Shown: positions 1-9,109 of the stretch, piece by piece
Layout of the letters: each line of letters opens with the position of its first letter
How positions within the stretch are numbered: the stretch's first letter is position 1
Origin: an uncultured Ignavibacteriaceae bacterium
GTDB taxonomy: Bacteria; Bacteroidota; Ignavibacteria; UBA10030
Reading direction: 5' to 3'
Assembly: GCA_964473365.1 (NCBI GenBank)
Contig: CAYYOV010000002.1
Location: forward strand, 97,576 to 161,575
Length of the DNA stretch: 64,000 nt
Position numbers and translations under genes: made by a program
The notes under the pieces: model-generated
What the model was told of the DNA's origin: nothing
The model's input: only the letters and a program-made list of their open reading frames with translations
Databases searched by the model: none

Positions 1-441
1 GCCCAGCCGGAGTTCTTCCCCGCACTTATCTTTGCGTCGATCTTTCGGTACCAGGATGGCGACCAGGCCCAGGCCGAGGCGTACCTGCGCCGTGCGGCCG
101 AGGTACAGGGCGCGAATCCACTCGTCACGACCATGCGACTTGTGCTGGATGAAGAGGCGCAGTGGACTCAGGCGAAGAATGCTGATCAGCGTGCCGACGT
201 TCGCAGGCGGCAGGCGCAAGCATTCATGATGGTCACGATGCGAGAGGACGCCGTCGACGCGTGGCTTGCCGTGCTCGAGCAGCGTCCGGAAGACCAAGGA
301 GCGCTCGCCAGTCTGTATCAACTCATGCTGGACAAGAGGCGGTTTGGTCCTGCCCGGGAGTATGCCCGAAGGTGGTTGGCAGCGTCTCCCGGAAATCTCC
401 AGGCCGCTGAAGCGTTGGCCGATCTGGAGCGACGCTGGTAG
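1..441 (+). CDS. TPR-like repeat protein, C-terminal fragment (5' end outside the window)
   Basis: Frame 1 is open from base 1 to the TAG at 439-441; track ORF 133..441 is its tail. Helical Ala/Leu/Glu/Arg-rich repeats (AWLAVLEQRPEDQGALASLYQLMLDK, ARRWLAASPGNLQAAEALADLE) look TPR-like. No catalytic motif seen. Confidence 0.4.
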   Translation, partial: AQPEFFPALIFASIFRYQDGDQAQAEAYLRRAAEVQGANPLVTTMRLVLDEEAQWTQAKNADQRADVRRRQAQAFMMVTMREDAVDAWLAVLEQRPEDQGALASLYQLMLDKRRFGPAREYARRWLAASPGNLQAAEALADLERRW

Positions 442-444
442 GCC

Positions 445-2619
445 TTACGGTTCTGCAGTCCCAACAGTAATGCTGAGTAGAACATTCCGAGGGAGACCCG
501 GTTCCCGGTAGGCCGGAAGGAGGGTGGGGTCGGCCGAACCCGAGCTGACCCGCGAGGTTGGATTGATGAATGCTCCTGCAGTGTATCTGGCGTTTAGAAG
601 GTTTCGGACCTCCACCCGCGCGCGAACGTCGAATCCGCCCGCCGTCACGCGGTATGCCGCTGCAGCATCGATCACCGTCGACGCGGGTATTCCGAGCGTG
701 TTCGCATCGTCAACCAACATGGCCCCCACCTGACGGCCGCTGATCTCCAAGGCCACTCCCTCTCCCCACGCAGAGACGACCTTCGCCGAGACGACGTACT
801 CTGGTATGCCCGGAATGGTCATTCCAGTGAACGACCCGGCCGTCGATGCGAACTCCTGATACCGTCCTCTCAAGAAAGTCGCTGATATGATGGCCTCTGC
901 CCCACGAGTCGTCTGGAGAGCGGCGGCAAGCTCAGCGCCGTTCCGTTCCGACCGTCCAGCGGAAAGGAACCAGGACCCGTCGTTGAAGGGGACGATCTCG
1001 TCCCGCACCTGGATGTGGAAGACCGCCGCTGACGCTGACAATCTCCAATCGTTGGACATCGATGTGCGGAAGCGGTGTCCAACCTCGAAGGTCGTAGAGA
1101 CCATTGGCTTTAGCAGCGGGTTCAGATCAGCCGCTCCGATACCGGGAGGCGGATCCACTTCATTGAAAGCGGGCACCTCGAGTCCGCCGCTCACCGATGC
1201 GAAGGTCGTATGCCGTTCACTGTGGCGCCATGAGGCGCCGAGGTGGGGCGTGAGATGTTCGAACGTCAGTTCTTCGAAGCGTGGGACCAGCGTGACACCG
1301 GCGGGGAAGACGGACGAGCGATACAGCTGTCGGTCGTATCGCAGTCCTGCCGAAATGGACCACTGATCGGTCAGATCCATCGCACCCTCCGCAAATGCTC
1401 CGAGGCTCATCGCCCGCTCGGACTTGTTCGTCCGAAGTGAGTCTCCTCGCTCTCCGCGGACGAGGGAATAGAACTGGCTGCCCCCGTCCTGCATGGAGGC
1501 ATCGACCCCGACAGTCAACGACGACGTTGGGTTCACGAACCATCGCCAGACGGCTCCGCCCCCGCCAACCCATCGTTGGAACTCCCGATACGTGTTCCGC
1601 TCGGATCGGATCAGAGACTTCGGCCCAAGATAGGCGGAAGCCGAGACGGAGTGGATGCCGTCGAAGGATCGGATAACCTGGATGGAAGAGAGGCCGACGA
1701 GGTTGTCGCGTCGCTCACGCCGGAGGAGATAGAGCGGGTCTGCCATGGATGGGTCAGCTTCGTCTTCGGTGTAGGTCAGCGCGCCCGGGACGCCAAAGCG
1801 ATGTCTCGTCAGTCCCATCGTGGCGCGGATCCGGAGATCCGCCGTCGGACGGATGACGGCCACGGCGTAGAGGCTTGCCGCATCGACGCTCGAATTCTGG
1901 CGCCATCCAGCGAACGTGAGTCGACCCCCTGAAAGGGTGAGACTGCCGCCAGCGAAGGGCATACCAAGCTGCCCAATGATCTTCCGCCCTCCGAAGGATC
2001 CCGCAGAGCCGGAGAGTGACCAGGCCGTTTCTTCGCCGGGTTCGGCGGACTCGATGTTGACAATGCCGCCCGACGCGTTGCCGAACAGGACGGAAGCGTT
2101 CGTGCGAACCACCTCCAACCGGCCGACTTGGAGAAAGGTCAACAGGTCGGGCGACGTGCGTCCGTCCGGCTCGGTCACAGGGATGCCGTCGAGGAGGACC
2201 TTGACGCCGCGGATCGTTCCGGAATTGGAACGGTCGCCATTTCCGCGCGCGCCGAATCCCCGGATTGTCAGTCGCAGGTCGGTACCGCCCGAACGGCTCG
2301 AGGTGAAGACCCCGGGGACGGATTCGAGCGCACTGGCGAGGGCATCGGTTCGGGCTGAAGGACCGGGACCGATGTTTAGGACCGTCGCCGAGTAGGGGAT
2401 CCGCGCGGGGTCCAAGCCGGCCCTGGTTTTGATGACCGTGACCTCGTCCGCTTGGTACGTTCGGGTCGTATCGACCCGGTCCTGAGATACGGCCGGGTTG
2501 GCAATCGCACACATGACAATCACGACCCAAACGCCTGGAAACGGATGGGAGTGTCGAACGATTGAGTGCCAGTCGAGATGAGCGGGCCCGACAGTGTCCG
2601 CCACAGGTTCTTGTTTCAT
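445..2619 (-). CDS. TonB-dependent outer-membrane receptor
   Basis: 724-aa ORF. Plug-domain motifs are present (DEVTVIKTRAG, GGTDLRLTIRGFG, VKVLLDGIPVTEPDGRT). A long Gly/Ser/Tyr/Arg-rich region of alternating amphipathic strands follows, typical of a 22-strand barrel. Substrate cannot be inferred. Confidence 0.85.
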   Translation of the reverse strand: MKQEPVADTVGPAHLDWHSIVRHSHPFPGVWVVIVMCAIANPAVSQDRVDTTRTYQADEVTVIKTRAGLDPARIPYSATVLNIGPGPSARTDALASALESVPGVFTSSRSGGTDLRLTIRGFGARGNGDRSNSGTIRGVKVLLDGIPVTEPDGRTSPDLLTFLQVGRLEVVRTNASVLFGNASGGIVNIESAEPGEETAWSLSGSAGSFGGRKIIGQLGMPFAGGSLTLSGGRLTFAGWRQNSSVDAASLYAVAVIRPTADLRIRATMGLTRHRFGVPGALTYTEDEADPSMADPLYLLRRERRDNLVGLSSIQVIRSFDGIHSVSASAYLGPKSLIRSERNTYREFQRWVGGGGAVWRWFVNPTSSLTVGVDASMQDGGSQFYSLVRGERGDSLRTNKSERAMSLGAFAEGAMDLTDQWSISAGLRYDRQLYRSSVFPAGVTLVPRFEELTFEHLTPHLGASWRHSERHTTFASVSGGLEVPAFNEVDPPPGIGAADLNPLLKPMVSTTFEVGHRFRTSMSNDWRLSASAAVFHIQVRDEIVPFNDGSWFLSAGRSERNGAELAAALQTTRGAEAIISATFLRGRYQEFASTAGSFTGMTIPGIPEYVVSAKVVSAWGEGVALEISGRQVGAMLVDDANTLGIPASTVIDAAAAYRVTAGGFDVRARVEVRNLLNARYTAGAFINPTSRVSSGSADPTLLPAYREPGLPRNVLLSITVGTAEP

Positions 2620-3158
2620 GCAGGTGTGTTCAGGGGCCGGAAACGATCACGATCGAGTGCGTTGCCGGTTCATCGAAGGGTTCGAGCGCAAGCATCAGCA
2701 GTGGTTCGGGATGTCAATGTACCATCATCTGACCACATCTGTTGCATCGAGGCGAGTAGCCATGATCGTTTTGATGGCCGATCTCGTCCTTCCTCCGGGC
2801 GAAGCAATCTGTCGGCATGACCGAGCGCTGAAGAAGTTGCTGCGCTGCGAAACGGCCGACGTTGCAACTGCCTCGTGAACACACGCCGGCGCCGTGTATC
2901 GCATTTCGCAGATCCGCCGCCGGGCCCCTTCCCCGATTCGGGAACCCGCAAATACCTATCAGTCTGGATTCGTCCGAACTTCGGTTTATGCCCGAACTTG
3001 ATCATGGTGCTCATATCTGATTCCACCCATTCTTTTCGCATTCATGAGAACAGTCCGCGCTTGAACATTCCGTCTCTACCGAAATTTCTCGAAAACGGCC
3101 AATGGACTGTTCAACGTTCTCGATCATGCGACTTGCCGTTCGCCATGCTGGGAAATTG

Positions 3159-3187
3159 TTGACTCTCGATGTCGCGGAGATGATATT
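3159..3187 (+). promoter_or_regulatory. Candidate sigma70-type promoter (TTGACT-N17-GATATT) upstream of the activase gene
   Basis: TTGACT at 3159..3164, a 17-nt spacer, then GATATT at 3182..3187. It lies in the AT-richer part of an ~810-nt intergenic region and implies a ~300-nt leader before ATG 3499. Confidence 0.35.
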
Positions 3188-3498
3188 TGCGCTGAGCGAG
3201 TTTGCAGCGGAAGATGGTGAAGTTTCGAACAATACGAATCCCACCTTTGCGACATGACGCGCTCGTCAATCATGAGTAAGCATCCCCCTTCCTAACCTCG
3301 ACGAAACCTTGCGTACGTCGCGAATCGCCAACCCCGAACGAATCGATCGGATGGAGTTCAACAAGATGACATCCGATTGACTCTGCCAAGTCCTTCGGTC
3401 CGGTTGCCCGGATCGACCTGAGCGTCAGTCCATTGCGCGATCGTTCCCCAGATGATCGCTTCCACGAGCGTTTGAGTCCCAGCACAGCGGGAGGTCCT

Positions 3499-6400
3499 AT
3501 GATAGGTGGTTCCCTCGGGATCTGCGTAGGAGCGTCAACGGTCTCATTTGTTCGGATGGCCGTCGACGGCTCGCTGGTCGAAGAGAAGTGCTGTTCAGTC
3601 GCGCACAACGCGGACCCGAAGGCCGTCATTCGCACCTACCTTGCGGAGCATCCTTCAGATGGTCTCTCGGTGGTCGTCACGGGACGGCGGCTTCGCCATT
3701 TGGTGGAGGCGCGGACCGTCTCCGAGCCAGAGGCTGTTGAGAAGGCGTTCCGTTCGCTCGGTCTTGCCGGCCAGTATCATGCACTGGCTAGTTTGGGGGG
3801 AGAGACGTTTCTCGTCTATTGCATGGATGACAACGGCAATATCGTCCAGGTGCTTTCGGGGAACAAGTGCGCATCTGGTACCGGTGAATTCTTCCTGCAG
3901 CAAATCAGGCGGATGAACCTCTCCGTCGAAGAGGCCGCCGCGATGGCAGAAGGGCAGACACCCTACGGCGTATCCGGGCGCTGCAGCGTCTTCTGCAAGA
4001 GCGATTGCACACATGCACTGAACAAAGGGGTCTCCAAGCCGACCGTCGTAGCGGGATTGTGTCGTATGATCGCGGCCAAGATCATCGAGCTCCTGGCCAA
4101 GCAACCGTCGACCCACGTTGCGGTCATTGGCGGCGTATCGATGAACGGCAGCGTATTGCGCTTCATCCGCGAACAGTATCCGGCCCTCACAGTGGTCCCT
4201 CATGCAACGTGCTTCGAGGCATATGGGGCAGCCCTCATTGGCCTTGAGCGGCATGCCGCCTTCGATGCGGAGCGGATGTTCAAGCACGGCGCCCACCGTT
4301 TTTCCTTCCATCCCCCGATCGAGTGCGGCAGGTCACGAGTGATCTTCAAGGAGATCGAGCGGGCTCAGCCCGAGCCGTTCGATGAGTGTCTTCTTGGACT
4401 TGATGTCGGATCGACGACGACAAAGGCCGTGCTCCTTCGCCGCCGGGACACCGCGCTCCTCGCTTCGGCATACCTCCGCACGAACGGAAGCCCGGTGCAA
4501 GCCTCCCTCGACTGCTATGCGGCGATCAGGTCACAGGTCACGACACCGATCCGCATCACAGGCCTTGGGACCACAGGTTCCGGACGTCATATCGCCGGGC
4601 TTCACGCGCTGACCAAAGGGGTGATCAACGAGATCATCGCCCACGCCGTCGCGGCAGCGTATTTCGACCCCGATGTAGACACGATCTTCGAGATCGGGGG
4701 ACAGGATGCGAAGTACACGTATCTGACGAACGGTGTGGCAAGCGACTATGCGATGAACGAAGCATGTTCGGCGGGAACGGGTTCGTTCCTGGAGGAGGCG
4801 GCGCGGGAATCCCTTTCGATCGATTATCGTGATATCGCCGAGATCGCGCTCCGTGCTGAGCGACCCCCGAATTTCAACGATCAGTGCGCTGCGTTCATCT
4901 CGAGTGATATCAAGACCGCTGCACAGGAAGGCATCTCGCAGGACGACGTGGTTGCCGGGTTGGTGTACTCCATCTGCCTCAACTATGTGAACAGGGTCAA
5001 GGGCAATCGTTCGGTAGGCGACCGGATCTTCATGCAAGGCGGCGTCTGCTACAACCGTGCGGTTCCGATGGCCATGGCGACCCTCATCAATAAAGAGATC
5101 GTCGTTCCGCCCGAGCCCGGATTGATGGGTGCCTTCGGCGTCGCGCTCGAGGTCCGCCGACGCCTCGACCTAGGTCTGATGGAGCCTCAGACGTTCGACT
5201 TGGAAGAACTGATGCAGAGGACCTTTTCCTACGGGAAATCCTTCGTCTGCGCCGGGGGCGAGGAGAAATGCGACCGGAAGTGCCCCATCAGCATCATCGA
5301 GGTAGAGGAAAAGAAGTATCCGTTCGGAGGAGCCTGCAACCGATTCTATGACCAACGGCTCAAGGAGAAGAAGCGCTCTTCGGGCAAAGACTACGTGCAC
5401 CTTCGGGAGGAGATGGTCTTCCGAACCTTTGCCGACGGTACGCCCGAACGACCCAACGGAAAGACGGTCGGAATTCTCAAGTCCTTCTCGACGAACGTCC
5501 TCTATCCGCTGTTTCACGGGTTCTTCACCCGCCTTGGGTTCCGCGTCGTCCTCGCAAACCAGGTCGACCCGCGTGGGTTGGAGAAGATGAACTCCTCATT
5601 CTGTTTTCCAGTTGAGCTTTCGCACGGAATGTTCGAAAACCTGCTCCGTCAGAATGTCGACCTGATCTTCCTCCCCCATATACAGGAGATGGAGGCAGCG
5701 GCTGACCAGTCGTACCACCGGCTGTGTGTGTTCGCTCAGGCTGAACCGTACTACTTGCAGAACGCGTTTCGCGACAAGGCCCTGCCTCCCGTCTTGTCCC
5801 CCGTTATCAACTTTGCCCGCGGCATCGATGAAGTGGAAAAGACATTCACCTCCATGGCGAAGGAATTGGGCGTCTCAGCGGGAGATGCGCGGGAGGCTTT
5901 TCGACGTGGATACGCACGCTACGCGGAGATGCGGGCTGCATTCAAGGAACTCGGCCGCGAGGCCCTTGAGGAGGTCGCGAGCGACCGGCACCGGTTCGGC
6001 ATCATCCTCTTCGGACGTCCGTATAATACGTTCGCGAGCGAAGCGAACCTTGGTATCCCGCACAAGATCGCAACGAAGGACCTTGTCGTCATTCCGCACG
6101 ATCTCCTTCCGTCCGACCATCTCCCCAGCTACGAGAACATGTACTGGGCCAATGGTCAGCAGATCATTCGAGGAACCAGGTTCGTCAAGCAGCACCCGAA
6201 GCTGTTCGGCGTCTTCGTAACCAACTTCTCCTGCGGGCCCGATTCCTTCATCGTCTCCTATTTCCGACGGCTCATGGGTTCGAAACCATCGCTGACGTTG
6301 GAGCTCGACAGCCACTCGGCTGACGTCGGGATCAATACGCGAATCGAGGCTGCTCTGGATATCATGTCCAACTACATGGAGCTTTCGAGGCGCGGAATGA

Positions 6401-7821
6401 TACGGGAGGCCAAGCCGGCCTCGCACGCACTCCAGGTCTTTGAAACTGCTGATGGTATCTCCGTACAAGGCCAGGACGGCCAGGTCTCAGATCTTCGGTC
6501 CGGTGACACTGAGGTCATCATGCCGTCCGTCGGGCATTTTGGTGCTTCTGCGCTGGCAGCGGGCCTGCGGTCCGCCGGCATCCCGACGATCGCGATGCCC
6601 ATACCGACGGCGACGACCCTGAAAGAAGGGAGAGGGCATTCGACGTGCAAGGAGTGCCTCCCATACATCCTCACGACGGGCCAGATGGTCGAACATCTGG
6701 CGAAGAAACAAGCGAACGGTGACAACCGTAGGTCGCTGTTCTTCATGCCGGGAGGATGCGGCCCCTGTCGGCAGGGACAGTACAACGTGAAAATGAAGGA
6801 TGTGATCGATGAGAAGGGATACCGGAATGCCGGAGTTCTGGCACTCCGGGAAGAATCGTCGTACGGAGGTTTGGGTGGGGACTTCTTCCGAAAGTCATGG
6901 GTGGGACTCCTTGCATCGGACTTTGTGGCCGACATTGAAAACGCGTTGAAGGTGCTGGCTGACCGGCCCGCGGAGGCGTTGGAGGTTGTGAACGCCGCCT
7001 GGAAGACGGTGGAGTGCCAGATCGAAAAGGGAACGATCGATTCGATCTACGAAGCCCTTGAGCAAATGACGGAGGAGGTGCTGAAGATTCCGCTGCGCAC
7101 ACGGCCTGAAGATGCAAAGACTGTGTCGCTCATCGGAGAGATCTACGTCCGGCGAGAAGAGTTTTCCGCGCACGAATTGATGGAGATGCTCATCTCCAAC
7201 GGATTCGTCGTCCGCACGACACCAGTTGCGGAGTTCGTCTACTACACGAACTACCTGGGCGCCATCAACGGTGCCCATCGGAACACCTGGAAAGAGCGCC
7301 TCGGTCTTCGGCTCAAGAATGCCTATCAGTGGCGCACAGAACGAAGGATGCGCAAGATCCTCTCCAGGACCGGCATGGTGGGGGAGGAGATGCTGGACAT
7401 TCGAAAGACCATTCGCCATGCCACCCACCTCCTCTCCGATGATCTGATCGGTGAAGCCGTGCTCACCGTTGGCACGGCCATGCGAGAGATCCTCGAATCG
7501 GCCTCGGGAATTGTCTCCATCGGTCCGTTTGCTTGCATGCCGGGACGGCTTGCGGAGGCAATCCTGGTCAAAGAGATGACCATCGAAGGCAAGCGCCGCA
7601 GCAACGGGTCACGCGCTCATACCTATCCACACGGTGTGACAACGTTGCCGTACTTGCACGTCGAAACGGATGGGAACACCTTCCCGCAAATCACCCGGTC
7701 GAAGATCGAGATCTTCATGCTGCAGGCTGATAAACTGCACCGTCAAATGATGGAGCATCGGCGTCGAACGAATGGCCGCGCGCATGTCGAGGCCCGTGCC
7801 ATTGCTGCCCTTGCACCATAG
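3499..7821 (+). CDS. Double BcrAD/BadFG-type ATPase fused to a DUF2229/2-hydroxyacyl-CoA-dehydratase-like region ('CoA-substrate-specific enzyme activase' family)
   Basis: Two acetate/sugar-kinase-fold activase modules: GICVGASTVSF...SGNKCASGTGEFF...GRCSVFCKSDC and GLDVGSTTTKAVLL...MNEACSAGTGSFLEEAA...NDQCAAFISSDI. About 800 further residues resemble the C-terminal part of ~1400-aa activase fusion proteins. Preferred start is ATG 3499 (GGGAGG 4 nt upstream); the track ORF starts at 3433. Confidence 0.8.
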   Translation: MIGGSLGICVGASTVSFVRMAVDGSLVEEKCCSVAHNADPKAVIRTYLAEHPSDGLSVVVTGRRLRHLVEARTVSEPEAVEKAFRSLGLAGQYHALASLGGETFLVYCMDDNGNIVQVLSGNKCASGTGEFFLQQIRRMNLSVEEAAAMAEGQTPYGVSGRCSVFCKSDCTHALNKGVSKPTVVAGLCRMIAAKIIELLAKQPSTHVAVIGGVSMNGSVLRFIREQYPALTVVPHATCFEAYGAALIGLERHAAFDAERMFKHGAHRFSFHPPIECGRSRVIFKEIERAQPEPFDECLLGLDVGSTTTKAVLLRRRDTALLASAYLRTNGSPVQASLDCYAAIRSQVTTPIRITGLGTTGSGRHIAGLHALTKGVINEIIAHAVAAAYFDPDVDTIFEIGGQDAKYTYLTNGVASDYAMNEACSAGTGSFLEEAARESLSIDYRDIAEIALRAERPPNFNDQCAAFISSDIKTAAQEGISQDDVVAGLVYSICLNYVNRVKGNRSVGDRIFMQGGVCYNRAVPMAMATLINKEIVVPPEPGLMGAFGVALEVRRRLDLGLMEPQTFDLEELMQRTFSYGKSFVCAGGEEKCDRKCPISIIEVEEKKYPFGGACNRFYDQRLKEKKRSSGKDYVHLREEMVFRTFADGTPERPNGKTVGILKSFSTNVLYPLFHGFFTRLGFRVVLANQVDPRGLEKMNSSFCFPVELSHGMFENLLRQNVDLIFLPHIQEMEAAADQSYHRLCVFAQAEPYYLQNAFRDKALPPVLSPVINFARGIDEVEKTFTSMAKELGVSAGDAREAFRRGYARYAEMRAAFKELGREALEEVASDRHRFGIILFGRPYNTFASEANLGIPHKIATKDLVVIPHDLLPSDHLPSYENMYWANGQQIIRGTRFVKQHPKLFGVFVTNFSCGPDSFIVSYFRRLMGSKPSLTLELDSHSADVGINTRIEAALDIMSNYMELSRRGMIREAKPASHALQVFETADGISVQGQDGQVSDLRSGDTEVIMPSVGHFGASALAAGLRSAGIPTIAMPIPTATTLKEGRGHSTCKECLPYILTTGQMVEHLAKKQANGDNRRSLFFMPGGCGPCRQGQYNVKMKDVIDEKGYRNAGVLALREESSYGGLGGDFFRKSWVGLLASDFVADIENALKVLADRPAEALEVVNAAWKTVECQIEKGTIDSIYEALEQMTEEVLKIPLRTRPEDAKTVSLIGEIYVRREEFSAHELMEMLISNGFVVRTTPVAEFVYYTNYLGAINGAHRNTWKERLGLRLKNAYQWRTERRMRKILSRTGMVGEEMLDIRKTIRHATHLLSDDLIGEAVLTVGTAMREILESASGIVSIGPFACMPGRLAEAILVKEMTIEGKRRSNGSRAHTYPHGVTTLPYLHVETDGNTFPQITRSKIEIFMLQADKLHRQMMEHRRRTNGRAHVEARAIAALAP

Positions 7822-7985
7822 GGCAGGACCCTTCATCTCCGTGGAGGATGTCAACCCCACGCGTTTCCCCGCAGCGACCTTTGGAGGTTCGAATCCCTTC
7901 GGTCACGCGTGCTGTGGATGGGCGATGTGACCCGGTTACCTTTCCGACCAATCCGATTGACCGGCCAATAGTGTCCGACGCGATC

Positions 7986-8555
7986 ATGCCGATCAGGTCC
8001 ATCGTCCCTTCACGGCCTGCAAAGAACCTCGGAATTGCCCTTGTGTGTGTCCTGGTCCACCTGATGCCGCTTCGACCACAGGAGGCAGCCGAGCAGGTTC
8101 GACCCATCTTCTGGTTTCAGGTCGGAGGCGATCCCGGGATCTCGATGCCTGCCTTCAGCGGGGAAGCGGGTGCATACGTCTGCCCGGTCAGTGCATGTGT
8201 GGTCGGAATTCGTATCACCGGGACGGCGCATCCGGGGGATGACCTGCCCAAGGATCTGTCGACCAAAGATCTCATGGTCGGGTATCAGGCCCAAACGGGC
8301 ATGGGCGCGCTCACGGTGTCTGCTGGCGTCAGTGCCATTGCGTCCACAAGGTGGGAGGTCACGGGTGTCTTCCTGTCCCCAGGCTATACGGCGACGAAGG
8401 TTGAAGAAACAGGCGTCGGCGTGCCGCTGGAGCTTGCTCTTTCGCTCCGTCCATTTCGGTTCCTCGGCATCGGGATCAGGGCCTTCAAGGTGTTCAACCG
8501 CTTCCAGACCTATGAGGGCGTTCACGGTGTGGTGCAATTCGGCATCGTCCGCTGA
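7986..8555 (+). CDS. Hypothetical protein, possibly a small outer-membrane beta-barrel
   Basis: Track ORF is 7848..8555. Internal Met at 7986 gives a signal-peptide-like N-terminus (MPIRSIVPSRPAKNLGIALVCVLVHL). The C-terminal half has alternating hydrophobic strands (GVPLELALSLRPFRFLGIGIRAFKVF...GVVQFGIVR). No family recognised. The antisense ORF 8010..8537 looks like noise. Confidence 0.3.
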   Translation: MPIRSIVPSRPAKNLGIALVCVLVHLMPLRPQEAAEQVRPIFWFQVGGDPGISMPAFSGEAGAYVCPVSACVVGIRITGTAHPGDDLPKDLSTKDLMVGYQAQTGMGALTVSAGVSAIASTRWEVTGVFLSPGYTATKVEETGVGVPLELALSLRPFRFLGIGIRAFKVFNRFQTYEGVHGVVQFGIVR

Positions 8556-8711
8556 TTGCCACCGATCATCCGGGCACGGCGTGAACAGAGGTCAGGTCCA
8601 CCTTTGGGGGCGTCATTCCCATCAAAACCGGGTTAGGCGCACCATGTATGCTGAACTTCAGTGAGCATGGATCCCGGTCTTACATCCATGGTTCCTCCGT
8701 CCTGGCCTCAG

Positions 8712-8740
8712 TTGAAGCCCTCCCCATTATTCGCTAGATT
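8712..8740 (+). promoter_or_regulatory. Candidate sigma70-type promoter (TTGAAG-N17-TAGATT) for the tRNA
   Basis: TTGAAG at 8712..8717, a 17-nt spacer, then TAGATT at 8735..8740. It lies ~43 nt upstream of the mature tRNA 5' end. The same TCGCTAGATT string recurs upstream of the cyclase gene at 53485..53494. Confidence 0.45.
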
Positions 8741-8782
8741 TGCACGCTCGCTCCTCTAGTGCTTTACGTTCTTCCATTTTCC

Positions 8783-8856
8783 GGGCCCTTAGCTCAGCTG
8801 GTTAGAGCGGCGGACTCATAATCCGTTGGTCGCAGGTTCAAGTCCTGCAGGGCCCA
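8783..8856 (+). tRNA. tRNA with CAT anticodon; strongly resembles the lysidine-dependent tRNA-Ile2 (E. coli ileX type), could alternatively be elongator tRNA-Met
   Basis: Cloverleaf read by hand. The 7-bp acceptor stem is GGGCCCT/AGGGCCC. The D arm is AGCTCAGCTGGTTAGAGC. The anticodon stem is GCGGA/TCCGT with loop CTCATAA (anticodon CAT). The T arm is GGTTCAAGTCC, and the discriminator is A at 8856. 3' CCA is not encoded (next bases are CTCC). The sequence is near-identical in the D arm, anticodon loop and T arm to my recollection of E. coli ileX. Confidence 0.9.
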
Positions 8857-9027
8857 CTCCGCAGGCGCGAGAGAGATGGGATTGCAATGCGGTACAGTAG
8901 GTGGTCAGAAGTCAACGGTGGGAGGGGAGTGGAGGGCAGTCTGCCTCAGGACCCGCTTGCGTGGGCCAAGGGGAGAACTACAGGCTCGGTTGATCACCGA
9001 AATCCCGCCTGCTGGGAGGATGGTGAG

Positions 9028-9056
9028 TTGACAGAATAGCCGAAAAGAAGTAAACT
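9028..9056 (+). promoter_or_regulatory. Candidate sigma70-type promoter (TTGACA-N17-TAAACT) for pilC-pilB
   Basis: Consensus -35 TTGACA at 9028..9033, a 17-nt spacer, then TAAACT at 9051..9056. It lies ~50 nt upstream of ATG 9110. Confidence 0.5.
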
Positions 9057-9109
9057 CTGTTACTCTGACATGTCTTGAGCAATCCTGCTCAAGTATTTGG
9101 TGAGGTTGT

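Noticed and set aside
2620-2940. Cobalamin riboswitch or Fur box in the leader of the TonB-dependent receptor
   Set aside because: I reverse-complemented the leader and looked for the B12-box region (..GCCACTG.. / AGYCMGGAGACCKGCC) and for a GATAATGATAATCATTATC-like Fur site. I found only fragmentary resemblance (AACCACTGC; GCCCGGAGGAAGGAC), in the wrong order and spacing.
8735-8742. Bacteroidetes-type -7 promoter element TAnnTTTG (TAGATTTG) upstream of the tRNA
   Set aside because: It does fit TAnnTTTG. However, the same TAGATT hexamer recurs at 53489 (TAGATTAG) and 60509 (TAGATTCA) without TTTG. Each has a TTGnnn box 16-17 nt upstream, and other promoters here are plainly TTGACA-N17-TAnnnT. 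I therefore read it as a classical -10.
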